Shown: one piece after another, positions 41,142 to 50,472 of the stretch | Position numbering within the stretch: the stretch's first letter is position 1 | How the letters are laid out: each line of letters opens with the position of its first letter | Source: an uncultured Verrucomicrobiae bacterium | GTDB lineage: Bacteria > Verrucomicrobiota > Verrucomicrobiia > Chthoniobacterales > Chthoniobacteraceae | DNA: 64,000 nucleotides | Reading direction: 5' to 3' | Assembly: GCA_963828525.1 (NCBI GenBank) | Contig: CAWHEP010000014.1 | Span: 1-64,000, forward strand | The notes under the pieces: model-generated | Told to the model about the DNA's origin: nothing | What the model saw: the letters and a program-made list of their open reading frames with translations, nothing else | The model's database searches: none | Position numbers and translations under genes: made by a program

Positions 41142-43080
41142 ATGCGTGTCGTATCCATCACTTGCGTCCGGAACGAGGAAGACATCATTGAGGCGTTCGC
41201 GCGCCACACCCTGTTCTTTTGCGAGAAAATGCTCCTGCTCGACCATGGCAGCACCGACGCAACGCGCGACATACTGGAAGAGATGAAGAGGGAAGGTCTC
41301 CCCTTGGAAATAGTCGAAGACAACAGGCTTGGCAGATTACAGGCCGACCACATAAACAGGCTGCTCCAGAAGGCGGCTTTCGACTATGAGGCCGATTGGA
41401 TTTTCTGCCTCGACGCCGATGAGTTCATCGGGACCAGCGAGACCGGTTTTCTGCCGCAAGCAGGAGCAGGCGCCACATGCCTCAAGATTCCGAGCCGCAG
41501 CTATTACACGAACCCTTCGGATGATCCGGCCGACATGAACCCGGTGACCCGGATCCGGTGGAGGCTAAGGGATGAACCCCGGCAGAATGAAGTGGGCACA
41601 TGGAAGGTGATCGTCCCTGGAGCGCTGGCGCGAATGGATGGCGCGCTTGTTTCGCAGGGGAATCATTCACTCATGCTTTCGGGAAGAAAGGCCCCTGCCG
41701 AGCCGCTTGGCAACGCATGGCTGGCGCACTTCTCTCTTCGCTCGGCGGGACAGCTCGCGACGAAACTCACGGGGAAGTACCTCCAGAAACTTCGACAAAT
41801 CTCCACCATGGGAGATGAAGGCACCGCTTATGACGCGCTGTATCAGCAATTGAAGGCGAGCTATTCAGGCTTCGAGAAGGCTTTTCCCAGCACGAGTATC
41901 CCTTATCTTTGTATCCACGATCCCGCCGATTCGGTGCTTGAACCGCTGATCTATCGAGGATCGACTCTGCGCCACACCCGCGCGACGGGTGGCACGGATG
42001 CGTTCATCACTCAACTGCTTTCCCTCTCGGAGATGTTTGCCCGCAGCGGGGGCAACTCGGCGGCAGGGTCTAACGGAACCGCCAGATTGTGGATTCGCGC
42101 GAGCGTCCCGGCGAGCGAGAGCTGCTCCTCCGACCACGCTATCGAACCGAATTCCGCGCTGGAGAGTGTCCTCTCCGCGCCCTTGGGTGGCAGTTCGCAA
42201 CTGCGTCTTTTCTTGAGAGGAGAGCCTGGACTCGTGGAAATCAGTTCCTTGTCCATTGTGAGCGGTGATCTGCGGAGAACGCTTTCGATGGACGAGATGG
42301 CGGGCGTGGTCAAGCCAAGGAACAATTGCGCGACGATCTATTCGGCGAACTCCTGCCGTTTGCTCATATCGCGTGAGCCTTCGGAGATTGACCTCATAAA
42401 TCTGCCGAGTCTCAACCCTGGATCCACGCAGATTCTGGAGGCGCGGCTGCGATACGACACCCGCCTCGCAGCGCCAGTGCTCTTGAGCACGGACGTGCTC
42501 AACGAACTGACATCCACGCGGGAGCGGCTCGCCCAGGTCTCCGTTGAGAAGGCGAAAGGAGACCGGGAAGTCCGTGCACTGGAAGCGCTGATCGCCACGC
42601 GGAGGGATCTGAAAAGCTTCAACGCCGGCTCTACCATCGATTTTCGCAAGGGCGGGGACGCGGCTGGCTATATGCGAGGAGGATGGAGCGAGATGGAGCC
42701 ATGGGGCACATGGACGGATGGCTCTTGCGCCCGGATGGAAATGACCTGGGAAGAAATCCCGGAGACGAGATCTGCGGTTGCAGGTCCTATGCCGGGCCTT
42801 TATTTCAAACCCCGCGCATGTCCAAACCAGCGCGCGGCTGCGAGTGAACCGCGAGGAAATCGGGGTGTGGGATGTAGACTCGGCAGAGCTGCGCTGGTAC
42901 GAGGCCACCATCCCGGCTGCTCTGCTAGGGAAAGCGGCGCAACTTTTGATAACATTCGAGCTCGAGAACCCCGTTTCGCCGGCCGCCCTGGGGCTGGGCG
43001 CCGACGACCGGCTCCTTGGCCTGGGGGTTGCGAGCGCCCGCGTCGCCGAAGACGTCAGTCAACCCATTCTCGAAAAATGA
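41142..43080 (+). CDS. GT2-type glycosyltransferase with C-terminal accessory domains; frameshift near 42770
   Basis: VRNEEDIIEAFARH, DHGSTDAT, WIFCLDADEF, QGNH, AHFSLRS; C-terminal GWSEMEPWGTWTDG...DDRLLGLG. Confidence 0.8.
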
Positions 43081-44317
43081 CGCTCACATTTGTTCCGCCA
43101 AACCCGCTGGAATTGCTCATCGCGACGCGCGGCGCGGCTTCTATGGGAGCGGTTACGATCGGGATGCCAGCGCATTCAGGATCGAGGTCGGTGATATTCG
43201 CGGAGACAGGCGTGAACTTCTCGCGGATCGCCAGGCAGCAGAACGCGGCCTCCATCGCGCCCGCCAGGGAAAGGCCATGTCCCGTCAAGGACTTGGTGCT
43301 GCTGACGAAAGGTTTCTTCTCCTCTGGGAACACCGACCGGATCGCGCGGACTTCCGCGATGTCGCCGACAATGGTCGATGTCGCATGCGCGTTTATATAA
43401 TCCACATCATCCCGGCTGATGTTGGAATAGTGGATCGCGTTCTCCATGGCGCGGGCAAGTCCCTCGCCGTTTGGCTCCGGCATCATCACATTGTAGCCGT
43501 CTGACGCCTCTCCCCACCCGATCATCTCCGCATGGATTGGCGCTCCGCGGCGCAACGCGTGTTCCACCTCCTCCAGCACCATCACAGTGGCGCCTCCGGT
43601 GACCACGAAGCCGTCCCGCCTGCTGTCAAACGGGCATGGGTTGCGCGTGGGATCCGTCTGAGCTGTAAGAGCCCGCGCGCCCGCGAAGGGAATGATGTTA
43701 TGGAAGTTGCAGTCTTCCGCGCCGGCGACGAAGACGATGTCCTGGCGTCCCAATTGAATCCTGTCGAACGCTGCGGCGAGGGCATGGGAAGAGGAGGAAC
43801 AGGCGCTGGAAAAACCAAGTGAGCCTCCCTTGATGCCAAAACAGGGGACGAGATTCATGTTCACCGTCCCTGCTATGCTGGAGACCATAGCCAGGGGAGG
43901 GCAGCGGAGCACACCGCGCTTTATCATGATGTCCATGTACTCGTATTGCAGCCAGGAGGAGCCATTCGAGGCGCACATGGCTCCCGTCCGCGGGTTGGAG
44001 ACGAGTTCCCTGGTTAGACCGGCGTCCTCGATCGCCTGCTCCATCGCGCAGTAGGCATAGAGAGCGTTTGGGGACATTGAGCGCAGGTTTTCACGCGCTA
44101 TTTTGTATTGAGAAGGATACTCCCAGCCTTCGCTGCGGATTTCTGGAAATTCAAACCCTTTCACCAATCCGGCGAGCCGGACGGCGCTGCCGGATTTTTC
44201 CAGCTCTTTGAGGTAAGCGATGCCGCCCCGAACGTTGCGGAGGCTGTCCAGCACCGAAGCTTTGTCATTGCCGATGCTGCTTATGAAACCGAGGCCGGTG
44301 ACCGCGACCCTCTTCAT
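43055..44317 (-). CDS. fabB: Beta-ketoacyl-ACP synthase (FabB/KAS I-like)
   Basis: SSACSSSSH, YINAHATST, KSLTGHGL, SNSSGFGGTN. Confidence 0.85.
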   Translation of the reverse strand: MKRVAVTGLGFISSIGNDKASVLDSLRNVRGGIAYLKELEKSGSAVRLAGLVKGFEFPEIRSEGWEYPSQYKIARENLRSMSPNALYAYCAMEQAIEDAGLTRELVSNPRTGAMCASNGSSWLQYEYMDIMIKRGVLRCPPLAMVSSIAGTVNMNLVPCFGIKGGSLGFSSACSSSSHALAAAFDRIQLGRQDIVFVAGAEDCNFHNIIPFAGARALTAQTDPTRNPCPFDSRRDGFVVTGGATVMVLEEVEHALRRGAPIHAEMIGWGEASDGYNVMMPEPNGEGLARAMENAIHYSNISRDDVDYINAHATSTIVGDIAEVRAIRSVFPEEKKPFVSSTKSLTGHGLSLAGAMEAAFCCLAIREKFTPVSANITDLDPECAGIPIVTAPIEAAPRVAMSNSSGFGGTNVSVIFREWVD

Positions 44318-44360
44318 CGGGACAACATCGACAGTTCCTTAGAGGCCCGGACGGGCGGCG

Positions 44361-44729
44361 TCAGACCTGCTCCCGGCTATTTGCCTTTTCTCCCAGCATT
44401 TGAACCACGTCGCCGATTGTCTGCAGCTTCCTCAGTTCGGTATCATCCACGGTGACATCCAGCGCGTCCTGCACATCCAGCATGATCTCCAGCATCGTCA
44501 GGGAATCCACTCCCAGAGAGGAGAGCGGCGTGTCGGGCCCCGCGGTATCAACGAACTCCTTTGCCTCGTCCCGCAGGTAGCGCCGCAGCACGCCACGGAC
44601 GATCACGGGAATGACAGAATCGTCACCGTCCCGTCTAAACTTCAGAATGGCATCCACCGTCTCGGGGCCGCACCGCTTGAAGTCTTTGGAAAGCTTTTCG
44701 ACTTCTTCGGCGCTCAACTCGGTTGGCAT
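44361..44729 (-). CDS. Acyl carrier protein with N-terminal extension
   Basis: LGVDSLTMLEI phosphopantetheine site; 122 aa. Confidence 0.85.
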   Translation of the reverse strand: MPTELSAEEVEKLSKDFKRCGPETVDAILKFRRDGDDSVIPVIVRGVLRRYLRDEAKEFVDTAGPDTPLSSLGVDSLTMLEIMLDVQDALDVTVDDTELRKLQTIGDVVQMLGEKANSREQV

Positions 44730-44745
44730 AACATTCAGGGGAGCA

Positions 44746-44773
44746 ATCCTAGGGAGCGCGCCCAGGTTGTCAA
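44746..44773 (-). promoter_or_regulatory. sigma70-like promoter for ACP-fabB
   Basis: TTGACA-N16-TAGGAT about 16 nt upstream of the ATG. Confidence 0.5.
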
Positions 44774-45018
44774 GGATGGGCGGGGGGCGCCACGACTTGT
44801 CGGGCGTGATTGAATTGACTGGACTAATACCGAAGTGACGAACGCGCTCCTGAAACTGACCCGGTTCGCAGCGAAATTAAGGTCTGGCCTGAAAAGCCAA
44901 CCCGCGAAGCGGCAATACCCGCAAGGCCGTCAGGCAAGCAGGTAAAAGGCTTTTTCTCTTGGCCGCATCCATCTTCGGCAACTATTTAAGCGACTAAAAA
45001 AGAAGAACGCGGGCGCGA

Positions 45019-45189
45019 TCAATCAATTTCCGCTTTGACCTGTTCCCAGGGAAGCAGCGGTTTGCCGGCATTCTCGGCGATGGCTTCTTCGAGATCCCGC
45101 AGGTCTTCGAGGTCTTCCACGCGCTCTTGAAGCCGCGTCACCGTCTGGCTGAGAGATTCGATTTTTTCGAAGATGGCGGTTTCACTCAT
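45019..45189 (-). CDS. Small acidic putative antitoxin (56 aa)
   Basis: MSETAIFEK...VEDLEDLRDLEEAIAEN...PWEQVKAEID; overlaps the toxin stop codon. Confidence 0.7.
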   Translation of the reverse strand: MSETAIFEKIESLSQTVTRLQERVEDLEDLRDLEEAIAENAGKPLLPWEQVKAEID

Positions 45190-45429
45190 AGGCTTCCTTC
45201 CGGTCTTTAACAGCATAGACTTGGATCGCTTCTCCTGCCAGTACAAAGAGGATCCGGTGCGAGCCGACGCGAAGCCGGTAGCGACCGCCTTTGTCTTTGA
45301 GTTTGAGCACATCGCCACGAAGATCATCACGCATCATTTCGATGCGTTCTCCGATGTTGCGGCGCAGTCTTTTGACATTGCGCGCAACTGCTCACGGGCT
45401 TTTTGGCTGATCTCGATCCGGTAACGCAT
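45182..45429 (-). CDS. RelE/ParE family toxin; one-base frameshift near 45368
   Basis: Hand reconstruction: MRYRIEISQKAREQLRAMSK/LRRNIGERIEMMRDDLRGDVLKLKDKGGRYRLRVGSHRILFVLAGEAIQVYAVKDRKEAYE. Confidence 0.85.
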
Positions 45430-45433
45430 GGAT

Positions 45434-45593
45434 TTATCCTTCCGGTTCGCCCGCCTTCTGGCAATGCCGTTTCGTTCGTGCCGGATGAGTCGCCGTGCGG
45501 ACCTGTTTCAACCGCTGGGAAGACTTGGGCGTAAATTTGGGTCGTCGAGAGTTCGGCGTGTCCGAGCAATTTCTCGATGAAGCAGGGGCGCAT
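45434..45593 (-). pseudogene. C-terminal remnant of a XerC/D-type tyrosine recombinase
   Basis: IEKLLGHAELSTTQIYAQV/...QRLKQVRTATHPA (box II His and catalytic Tyr). Confidence 0.8.
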
Positions 45594-45647
45594 TTTCGCA
45601 GCCCAATGGTATGCCTTTGCTTGAAAATGCCCCTTTGCCTCGTCAAA

Positions 45648-46109
45648 CTACGTTATACATAAAGGCACCGCGATCCCCTCTGCCTCGGCCAGCTTTTTCT
45701 GATTCGCATCGAAAGTGAGGAACTCTGTTGCTCCCAGTTGGAGCGCGGTCGCGACGTGAAGGATGTCAGCAAGACGATGACCCGCCGCGAGAGTGTGGGC
45801 ACTGCTCAAAGCCTCAGCCCGTTGATGCACGGCCGACCAATCCACCGGAAGGGTGGTGAGAAGCCCGGCATTTAAGTCGATTTGCAGGTCGTTAAGCATT
45901 TGTTGCCCTTCGTTCTGCGGGAAGCCTCGAGTCCGGTCGTTGAGATGCAGGCGAAGTTGCAGGCGCACGGATTGCCGGAACTCCAGCAAGAGAAGGCTGG
46001 AAACTCCGAGTGTGCCGCTTAGTCCAGCCATGAATTGATCGGCCCGGGCCGAATTTATCTGAGTTCGATACAATGCGCACAGGAAGGACGTGTCAGGAAG
46101 GCAACTCAC
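45648..46109 (-). CDS. vapC: PIN-domain VapC toxin
   Basis: DTSFL, LLEF, ADILHVATA, FLTFD. Confidence 0.9.
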   Translation of the reverse strand: MSCLPDTSFLCALYRTQINSARADQFMAGLSGTLGVSSLLLLEFRQSVRLQLRLHLNDRTRGFPQNEGQQMLNDLQIDLNAGLLTTLPVDWSAVHQRAEALSSAHTLAAGHRLADILHVATALQLGATEFLTFDANQKKLAEAEGIAVPLCIT

Positions 46110-46363
46110 CCTTCTTCTCCTTCGAGTTCATCAGCGCGCATCGCAGCCACTTCAGCCTCCGTAAAGACACGATCGCCCCATATTGCGCGCCGACGGGCAG
46201 CGAAGTCAGGTTTTGCGGGCTGAGTCAAGGCCCCGGGACGCCATGCCGTCAGGACGGCAATTGGCTGCCCTCGCCTGTCGATGCGGACGTCTTCACCCTC
46301 TAAAAGCCACGCCTCAAGCATGGAGAAGGAGTTGCGCAAATCTCGGACGGTTGCTGTTTTCAC
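46106..46363 (-). CDS. Phd/YefM family antitoxin (85 aa)
   Basis: GTG start; KTATVRDLRNSFS...GEDVRIDRRGQPIAVL; GTGA overlap with vapC. Confidence 0.88.
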   Translation of the reverse strand: MKTATVRDLRNSFSMLEAWLLEGEDVRIDRRGQPIAVLTAWRPGALTQPAKPDFAARRRAIWGDRVFTEAEVAAMRADELEGEEG

Positions 46364-46364
46364 G

Positions 46365-46387
46365 ATGTGGACAAATAATGTCCACAT
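46365..46387. promoter_or_regulatory. Palindromic TA operator
   Basis: atgtggaca-aataa-tgtccacat perfect 9-bp arms just upstream of the antitoxin start; TTGACG (minus strand) at 46396-46401. Confidence 0.75.
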
Positions 46388-46692
46388 GATTCCTTCGTCA
46401 AGTCCCGTTAAGCTCTGGTGAATGGGCCAACTTGGTCCGCAAAGCACCGCGGCGTATCCACGGTTGCCGGCCACCCGCAGAACACGGAGGTGGTTGCAAT
46501 CGAAAGTAGGGCGTTAAGCAGCACACCCAGCCGCATGCTGATCGCATTCACTGCCACGGTGCTGACGGGCCCCTAGTTTCGCGGTTGTTTTTCGGCCCTT
46601 TTTGGATACTCTGACTCCACACTTATGGCGCTCCGGTTCATCTACAGCAGAAATTGCCGTTTCGTCTCCGGACGCATCTGAAAGTTTAAACC

Positions 46693-47859
46693 GTGAATAC
46701 TCAATTGTTGCCGGAGGGCGGGCCTCTGGATCATGCTCCTTCGACGAACCAGATCGACTCGATCCGCGTGAATTTGGGAGAGCGCTCTTACGACATCCTC
46801 GTCGGCAACGGGTGGTTTGATGAGTTTGGGAGTTTGCTGAAGCGCAAGCATCCGGAATTTGAGAATGTGATGGTGTTTACCAGTCCCACCATTGGCGGGC
46901 TTTACTACGCCCGCCTGGAGCAGTCTTTGTCCGCCGCGGGCTACCGGAAGGTTCGGCGATATGACATCCCTGATGGGGAGGAGAACAAGTCGCTTCGCCA
47001 ATTCGCGGATTGCTGTGAAGCTATCGTGAAGTTTTTTCCGCGATCCGAGTCGACGCCCGTGGTGCTGAATCTGGGAGGTGGAGTTGTCGGGGATATGGGA
47101 GGTTTCGTGGCTTCCACGTTCCTTCGCAGCGGGGTTCCCTACATCCAGATACCGACCACATTGCTTGGATGTGTGGATTGCGGAGTGGGCGGAAAAGTTG
47201 GCGTTAATTCCCATGCCGTCAAAAACATCATCGGGCGCTTCTATCAACCTCAACTGGTCTTTGCCGACCTGAGTCTCCTGCAAACGCTCCCGCTCAGGGA
47301 GATCCGTTCCGGGGTTGCTGAAGTGATCAAATACGGAGTGGTCTGCGACGCGCCTCTGTTTGAGTTCCTGGAAAAGCATATCGAAGACCTTCTTTCGCTG
47401 AGGGAGCCCGTCCTCTCCCATGTGGTCTCGGAGTGTTATCGCATCAAGGCCCGGGTTGTGGAAAGTGACGAGGAGGAGCATCGGGGGCTGCGGAATGTTC
47501 TAAACTATGGTCACACGGTAGGACACGCCCTTGAGATGGCGGCGCACTTTGAGATGACACACGGGGAGGCGATTTCCGTCGGGATGATCGCTGCAAATAG
47601 AATCGCGCTGAAGCTCGGAGTGTGTGGACAGGCTCTCTGTGAACGGGTTTCGGACTTGCTGCAAAGAGCCGGACTTCCGATCCGCGCCGGGAATAATATT
47701 TCGCTTGAATCCCTGGTCGAGACCATGATGCACGACAAGAAGTTCAGGGAGGGAAGGAACCTTTTCGTATTGCCGACGACCATTGGGAACTGGAAACCGC
47801 AAAGGGACATCCCCATGCCGATCCTGCGCGAGGCAATCGGGTCGTGTCTCGAAGCTTGA
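46693..47859 (+). CDS. aroB: 3-dehydroquinate synthase
   Basis: PDGEENKS, GGGVVGDMGGF, IPTTLL, GGKVGVN, LNYGHTVGHALE, HGEAIS, DKK. Confidence 0.93.
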   Translation: MNTQLLPEGGPLDHAPSTNQIDSIRVNLGERSYDILVGNGWFDEFGSLLKRKHPEFENVMVFTSPTIGGLYYARLEQSLSAAGYRKVRRYDIPDGEENKSLRQFADCCEAIVKFFPRSESTPVVLNLGGGVVGDMGGFVASTFLRSGVPYIQIPTTLLGCVDCGVGGKVGVNSHAVKNIIGRFYQPQLVFADLSLLQTLPLREIRSGVAEVIKYGVVCDAPLFEFLEKHIEDLLSLREPVLSHVVSECYRIKARVVESDEEEHRGLRNVLNYGHTVGHALEMAAHFEMTHGEAISVGMIAANRIALKLGVCGQALCERVSDLLQRAGLPIRAGNNISLESLVETMMHDKKFREGRNLFVLPTTIGNWKPQRDIPMPILREAIGSCLEA

Positions 47860-48365
47860 AGAAAGGCGGATCGCGCCCGGGGTCTGTGACTGCCCCCTGG
47901 GATCTTGCGCCTCTGCGGAAAGGCGGCCCAGATGGGACGTCGATAGCCGCCAGCTCTTCCTTTGGGCAGCGGCAGACGCGTAAACGCGACGCCATCCTCG
48001 GGGTGCTGGCGGCGGCGAATGGTCCGCTGTCGGCGCCGGAGATTCATAGTCTGGCTCGCGAAGCCACTCCTCTGGGGATCGCCACGGTGTATCGGACAAT
48101 CAGCCTCCTTCTCGAGGCCAAACACATCCAGAGCGTCATCCTGCCAAGCGGGGAGACGCGCTACGAATCGGCTGATCTGGGGCATCATGATCATTTCCAA
48201 TGCCGGATTTGCAGGCATGTCTTCGATCTGAGCGTGTGTCCGCTGCATCTGGCCAGCGGGACGATCATCCCGGGGGGCTTCCTGGTGGAGGATCACGAGA
48301 TGATCCTCTATGGGATCTGTCCCCGGTGCGCGCAGAAAAAGCGCGCGCCCACGCGAAAGAAATAA
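47844..48365 (+). CDS. Fur family transcriptional regulator
   Basis: IATVYRT, HHDHFQCRIC, YGICPRC; start uncertain. Confidence 0.9.
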   Translation: MSRSLKKGGSRPGSVTAPWDLAPLRKGGPDGTSIAASSSFGQRQTRKRDAILGVLAAANGPLSAPEIHSLAREATPLGIATVYRTISLLLEAKHIQSVILPSGETRYESADLGHHDHFQCRICRHVFDLSVCPLHLASGTIIPGGFLVEDHEMILYGICPRCAQKKRAPTRKK

Positions 48366-48404
48366 CGCTTTCAGCACGACGCGGACAAGGCTTGCGCTCC
48401 TGCT

Positions 48405-48424
48405 AATGATAATGCACTATCATT
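48405..48424. promoter_or_regulatory. Fur-family-like operator upstream of the metal uptake operon
   Basis: aatgata-atgcac-tatcatt inverted repeat, 3 nt before ATG 48428; contains TAATGATAAT. Confidence 0.7.
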
Positions 48425-48427
48425 CCC

Positions 48428-49303
48428 ATGCGGAGCGCGATGACATGCCTTTTTGTTGTTTCAATGCTGGCGCTGCCCGGGTCGAAGCTGATGGGCGAAG
48501 CCATTCCCATCGCGAGCTTTTCAACGATCACCACGGAACTGGCCAATGAGATTGGGAAGGAACGCGTCCAGGTAAGCGGCCTGGTTCGGCCGGGAGTCGA
48601 TCCGCACGAATACGAGCCGCGTCCCGTCGATCTTGAGAAAGTCGGAGCGGCCCGGCTCATCCTTGCGTCGGGCAAGAACATGGAGAGCTACGTCGCGAAG
48701 CTGCGCCAGGCGGCGTTGAACAACGCGGAACTGCTGCCTGTGGGTGATTTTGTGCCATCGCTCAAGGTGAATAGCGGGGAGGCAGGCGAGGATCCGCACT
48801 GGTGGCATAGCATCGCCGACATGAGAAGAGCGGCGGTGGTCGTGCGAGATGAATTGACGAAGCTCGACCCTTCGGGGAAGGAGGAGTTCGCGGGAAATGC
48901 CAGGCAGTATCTCGCAAAGCTGGATGGGCTTGACCGGTGGGCGAAGACGGAGATCGCCAAGCTGCCGCGGGATCAGCGCAAGCTGGTGACATCGCATGAC
49001 GCCTTTCAGTATTTCGCCCGGGATTACGGCTTTACGATTTACCCAATCGAGGGCGTGAGCACGGAGGAGGAGCCGTCTTCAAAGAAGATTTCCGACCTTA
49101 TAGCCATCATCAAGCAGCAGGGTGTGAAAGCTGTATTTTTCGAGAACGCCCAAAACCCGAAAGTGATCGCGGAGATTACGAAGCAAACAGGGGCCGCGGT
49201 GGGAGGAGAGCTTTACGCGGACGGGCTGGGGATTGGGGACGCGGCCACCTATGATGGAATGTTCCGCCACAACGTGACGACAATCGTGGAGGCCTTGAAG
49301 TAA
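48428..49303 (+). CDS. Metal ABC transporter substrate-binding protein (TroA/ZnuA/MntA family)
   Basis: DPHEYE, DPHWW, SHDAFQYF, LYADGL. Confidence 0.92.
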   Translation: MRSAMTCLFVVSMLALPGSKLMGEAIPIASFSTITTELANEIGKERVQVSGLVRPGVDPHEYEPRPVDLEKVGAARLILASGKNMESYVAKLRQAALNNAELLPVGDFVPSLKVNSGEAGEDPHWWHSIADMRRAAVVVRDELTKLDPSGKEEFAGNARQYLAKLDGLDRWAKTEIAKLPRDQRKLVTSHDAFQYFARDYGFTIYPIEGVSTEEEPSSKKISDLIAIIKQQGVKAVFFENAQNPKVIAEITKQTGAAVGGELYADGLGIGDAATYDGMFRHNVTTIVEALK

Positions 49304-49307
49304 AAAG

Positions 49308-49724
49308 ATGCGCGGCTGGCCCTTGAATCGCGCGGTGGTCGTCTTCCTGATCTTGCTTGCGACATCCATCCCGGTCTGGAAACTGACACATGGCGACTCT
49401 GCTGCCGCCGCCCAAGCAAGGCCGGCTCCAGTGTCGAAAGAGAGCGTCCATATAGCGCTTGCTTTCGCGCATCCTCCGGGCGGCTTCCAACTCATTGCTC
49501 TCGGCAAAACGATCTGGATTGGCGATGGTGAAAACAAGGATCTTGAGAAGGATTTCGGGATGGCTTTTCCCAAGGAGGGGATCGACCTGGAGATCAAGGC
49601 AAACTGGCCGCCTGGCACGCCGCTTACCGCGGTTCGCGTGTCGGTGACACCCGACGCGGGATTACCGATGGAGCGCACCGCATGGGGCGAGGGCAGCCTG
49701 GATGAGGTGCTGACCTTCCAATAA
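49308..49724 (+). CDS. Hypothetical membrane-anchored protein inside the metal operon
   Basis: N-terminal TM segment; tightly packed between the SBP and ATPase genes. Confidence 0.7.
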   Translation: MRGWPLNRAVVVFLILLATSIPVWKLTHGDSAAAAQARPAPVSKESVHIALAFAHPPGGFQLIALGKTIWIGDGENKDLEKDFGMAFPKEGIDLEIKANWPPGTPLTAVRVSVTPDAGLPMERTAWGEGSLDEVLTFQ

Positions 49725-49725
49725 T

Positions 49726-50472
49726 ATGTCATTTCACCGCCTGGACATCAAAGACCTCACGGTCAGTTACAACCGGGTGCCGGCGTTGCATCATCTTAAC
49801 ATGACGCTGGACTGCGGATGCTGCATTGCTTTGCTGGGGCCGAATGGCGCGGGAAAGACAACGCTATTCAAATCCATAGTAGGGCTGTTGCGGCCCGATA
49901 GCGGCAGTATCACGTTCCATGGCGAGGAGCCGGGGCGTCCGATCGGGCACGTCGCTTATTTGCCGCAGCGGGAAAATGTCGATTGGGATTTCCCGATCAC
50001 GGTGCGCGGCCTGGTCGAGATGGGTTGCTACGCCCGCCTTGGCCTGTGGCGGAAATTCTCGGCCAGGGATCATCAGCAAGTGGCGTCCGCGCTGGAAGCC
50101 ATGCAGCTTGAGGAACTGGCGGAGCGGCAGATCAGCGCCCTATCCGGCGGGCAGCAGCAGAGAGCTTTTCTCGCGCGAGCCCTCGCCCAGGACGCGCATG
50201 TTTTCCTGCTGGACGAGCCATTTACCGGCCTCGACCGGACGTCGCAGAATTCGCTCGGGAAGATATTGAAGCAACTCGCTTCCGACGGGAACCTGGTGAT
50301 TGCTTCGCATCACGACCTGAAGAACGTGACCGAGTTCTTTGATCACGTGATCTTCCTGAACGGCGAACTCGTTGCTTACGGCGATGTCGGCACCGTGTTT
50401 ACCGAATCGAACATCGCGAAGGCATTCGACACCAACATTTTTTCGGGAGTCAATCATGCACTGGCTACTTGA
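49726..50472 (+). CDS. Metal ABC transporter ATP-binding protein
   Basis: GPNGAGKT, YLPQRENVDWDFP, LSGGQQQR, LDEPF. Confidence 0.93.
   Translation: MSFHRLDIKDLTVSYNRVPALHHLNMTLDCGCCIALLGPNGAGKTTLFKSIVGLLRPDSGSITFHGEEPGRPIGHVAYLPQRENVDWDFPITVRGLVEMGCYARLGLWRKFSARDHQQVASALEAMQLEELAERQISALSGGQQQRAFLARALAQDAHVFLLDEPFTGLDRTSQNSLGKILKQLASDGNLVIASHHDLKNVTEFFDHVIFLNGELVAYGDVGTVFTESNIAKAFDTNIFSGVNHALAT

Noticed and set aside
44820..45015. Non-coding stretch (also 46410-46690) as a possible tRNA or sRNA integration site
   Set aside because: No cloverleaf, T-loop or known RNA motif recognisable by eye; needs an Infernal/tRNAscan run.
46693..47859. AroB-like protein as a secondary-metabolite sugar-phosphate cyclase
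   Set aside because: Motifs fit an ordinary dehydroquinate synthase and no tailoring genes are adjacent.
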